From Flaccisagitta enflata (lineage: Eukaryota): a stretch of 64,000 nt of DNA. The DNA lies in NCBI GenBank assembly GCA_965153355.1, contig OZ231126.1, positions 9,486,001 to 9,550,000 on the forward strand. The letters run 5' to 3'. The position numbers were made by a program, and so were the translations under genes. Position 1 is the stretch's first letter. The number at the start of each line of letters is the position of its first letter. The notes beneath the pieces are model-generated. The model was not told where the DNA came from, searched no databases, and worked only from the letters and a program-made list of their open reading frames with translations. Shown piece after piece: positions 59,510-64,000 of this stretch.

Positions 59510-61410
59510 TGTCATTTTTGGTCATTTTTGGTTGCTTTTAGTCATTTTTGGTCATTTTTGGTTGCTTTTAGTCATTTTTGGTCATTTTTGGTCATTTTTG
59601 GTCATTTTGGTCATTTTGGTCATTTTGGTCATTTTGGTCATTTTTGGTCATTTTTGGTCATTTTTGGTCGTTTTTGATCATTCATAATCATTTTTAATCA
59701 TTTCTAATCATTTTTAATCATTTTTGATCATTTTTGGTCATTTTTGGTCACTTTGATCATTTTTGTCATTTTGGCCATTTTGGTCATTTTGGTCATTTTT
59801 GGTCATTTTGATCATTTTTGATCATTTTTGATCATTACAGTCATTTTGATCATTTTGGGTCATTCTGGTTATTTTTGATCATTTTTGTCATTTTGGTCAT
59901 TTTGGTCATTTTGGTCATTTTGGTCATTTTGGTCATTTTGATCAATTTTGGTCATTTTGGTCATATTTGATCATTTTTGGTCATTTTGGGTCATTTTGGG
60001 TTGTTTTGGGTCATTTTGTGTCATTTTTGGACATTTCTGGCTATTTTTGATCATTTTTTGTCATTTTTGGTCTTTTTTTATCATTTTTGGGCATTTTGGT
60101 CATGTTGGTCATTTTGGTCATTTTTGATCAATTTTGGTCATTTTTGATCATTTTTGGTCATTTTGGGTCATCTTGGGTCATCTTGGGTCATTTTGTGTCA
60201 TTTTATGTCATTTTTGGTCATTTTTGGTCATTTTTGGTCATTTTTGGACTTTTCAGGTCATTTGAGGTCATTTTAGGTCATTTTAGGTCACTTTGATAAT
60301 TTTTGGTCATATTTGGTCATTTTTGGTCATCTTTGGTCATTTTTGGTCATTTTTGGGTCGTTTTTGGTCATTTTTGGTCATTTTGGTCATTTTGGTCATT
60401 TTTGGTCATTTTTGTTATTTTTGGTCATTTTTGGTCTTTTTTGGACATTTTTGTTCGTTTTTGGTCATTTTGGTCATGTTTGGTCATTTTTGGTCATTTT
60501 TGGTTATTTTGGCCAAATTGGTCATTCTTGGTCATTTATGGTCATCTTTGGTCATCTTTGGTCATTTTGGTCATTTTGGTCATTTTGGTCATTTTGGTCA
60601 TTTTTGGTCATTTTTGGTCATTTTGGTTAAAGTCTGCTGGTTAAAGTCTGCTGGTTAAAGTCTGCTGGTTGAAGTCTGCTGGTTCAAATCTAATGGTTTA
60701 AGTCTGCAGGTCTAATGGTTTAAGTCTGCTGGTTTAAGTCTGCTGGTTAAAATGATATTGAAGATAAGTATGGTTTAAGTCTGGTTTAAGTCTGGTTTAA
60801 GTCTGGATTAAGTCTGGTTTAACTCTGGTTTAAGTCTGGTTTAAGTCTGGTTTAAGACTGGTTCATGTCTGATTTATGTCTGGTTTAGGTCTGGGTTAGG
60901 TCTGGTGTATGTCTGGTTTGTGTCTGGTTTTTGTTTGATTTAGGTCTGATTTAGGTCTGATTTAGGTCTGGTTTTGGTCTGGTTTTGGTCTGGTTTTGGT
61001 CTGGTTTAATTCTTGTTTGAGTCTGGTTTGAGTCTGGTTTGAGTCTGGTTTGAGTCTGGTTTGATTCTAGTTTGAGCCTGGTTTGAGCCTGGTTTGAGCC
61101 TGGTTTCGGTCTGGTTTAAGTCTGGTTTGAATCTGGTTTGAGTCTGGTTTGAGTCTGGTTTGAGTCTGGTTTGAGTCTGGTTTGAGTCTGGTTTGAGTCT
61201 GGTTTGAGTCTGGTTTGAGTCTGATTTGAGTCTGGTTTGAGTCTGGTTTGAGTCTGGTTTGAGTCTGGTTTGAGTCTGGTTTGAGTCTGGCTTAAATCTG
61301 GTTTATGTCTGGTTTATGTCTGATTTAGGTCTGGTTTAATTCCGGTTTGAGTCTGGTTTGAGTCTGGTTTGAGTCTGGTTTGAGTCTGGTTTGGGTCTGG
61401 TTTGGGTCTG
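59510..61410 (+). repeat. Compound satellite (ggtcatttt[t])n, (aagtctgctggtt)n and (gagtctggttt)n inside a HINE-A copy (59409-61519)
   Basis: Bounded by the HINE-A 5' palindrome at 59416 and the 3' end ctgcacgcgacttataggtgttggccttgtt at 61486-61516. Confidence 0.9.
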
Positions 61411-61823
61411 TTTTGGGTTGCTTTTAAGTTTGATTTTCGATAAAAAGATACAATAAGGAGTCAGTTCAGTTCAGTTATTTTTGTCCTGCACGCGACTTAT
61501 AGGTGTTGGCCTTGTTTTTTCATGTATTGAGTTACATCCCCATGATCATGAAGGTGTACTGTTTCGTCCTGTTGGTCAGTCAATTCAGAGGAAAGAGAGG
61601 GGGAGGGATATGGATATAGAGAAAGAGACTTCGGTAGGTTATCACGCCCACCCAGCAGAATTGAGGAGAATGAGGCTCTCTTCTCTCCTCTCATCTCCTC
61701 TGCTCCTCATTTTCAGCGAAGGAGAGCTCATAGTTCCAAGGCATCGCTAGACGGCTCTCATGGAGCGGCCACCCTTTCCGTAGAGTCTAAGTAGATAAAG
61801 ATTTGGTGCTCTCTTACACAGAT

Positions 61824-62037
<214 letters not shown>

Positions 62038-62430
62038 AGAGAGGGAGAGAAAACAGGGCAGAGAGTACAGAGCAGACAGCCGCAAAAGTCAGCAAACAAT
62101 AGGCCAAAGGCCACCAGGAACAGAAGGCAAAAAGCCAAAAGGCACAAAACCGGCCAAACTGGCCAGATACACGAACAAGGCCAAATCGGGCCAAAACGGC
62201 CCAATGAGGCCAGGCAAAGCAACCAGCACAGACCAACCACCGCCGTGACTTACTGTTTAGGTGCAAAGCGCTTATTCCTAAGGATTTGAATCGTCGTCCT
62301 CTGTTTGACCAAAATTTCACTCTCTTTCATACCTCTTTCCATCGCCAATTGTTTTTCCGACGTAACACCATAGCTATCGAGAAAAGCAAATACTAAACAA
62401 AATGCCATCAATAATATCTTTTATACTCAG

Positions 62431-63267
<837 letters not shown>

Positions 63268-64000
63268 GCAAGCTCAAAATTTAGCAAGTAAAGCAACGCG
63301 TCAACAAAGGTTTTCAATAGTTTCAAACAAGTAAACAGGAACTTCAATCGTCGTGAGTCACTAAAACGCACGATTCCCCCTAACAGCAGTAAAACAAAGC
63401 CGGAAACACGGCTACCCGTCGCTTACTTTTGGGCAGGGACAGCTTCAGATTAAGCTAATCCAGCATTTGGGGTAATGATGCATAATCCAAGACCGCGCAT
63501 CCATGCAAGACAAGAAAAGAATCAATGACAGACATTGTGGGTGTTCGAGCTTTGTCCTCATCTTATGTTACACTTACAGTTCAGAAAAATCATACTGTAT
63601 TACACATAAAAGATGTATCTTGCATGGGTAGGCAGATTTGTTTGACGATGCAATTATTCTTGCAATTCGAATCCTAAAATCTACGACACAGTGAAAGTAT
63701 GGCTGCAGGAGTTAACCCAAGAGACAAGGCTGTATATTCCATCACTAGTTTTGATGCAGATTGTTGTTTAGACATACTTTTGCATAACTAAAATAATACA
63801 TCATTGTCAGGAAGCATATTTGTCCCATGAAATCAACATTTTAACAAAAACGAGAGTTTAAAGTCTATTGGGAAGATACTGAGGAAGCAAGAAATTGATA
63901 ACAATAACATCAATCACTACTTACACAGAATTTCAAATTGGCATTTTCCTCAACATAGCGCGCTATGTTCTTGTTTCTGTGAATATTTGATTTTCTATGC

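Overview
Repeat-rich animal genomic DNA (probably an arthropod; inference) with two host genes on the + strand whose introns are filled with transposons. Gene 1 (9769-35564, 10 coding exons, about 506 aa) encodes an unrecognised, probably coiled-coil protein. Gene 2 (38640 to beyond 63267) encodes a secreted protein with a Der p 7/Group-7-allergen-like (TULIP) domain; its middle exons are uncertain. The main object is a 12.5-kb Chapaev-type DNA transposon (15022-27529) in intron 6 of gene 1. It has CAC...GTG ends, a TTGA 4-bp TSD, long TIRs built of 180-bp palindromic units, and a 7-exon DDE transposase with the RAG1-like Chapa zinc finger, in which 4 of 6 introns need GC donors. It also carries a near-intact Gypsy-type pol (protease tail, RT, RNase H, integrase) with no visible gag or LTRs. 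The window further holds a decayed Tx1/L1-clade LINE split by a Chapaev-type MITE and a hAT-type MITE, many fold-back MITEs, several Helentron/DINE-1-like (HINE) families that host satellites, and microsatellites. All gene models were spliced by eye and no database searches were run.
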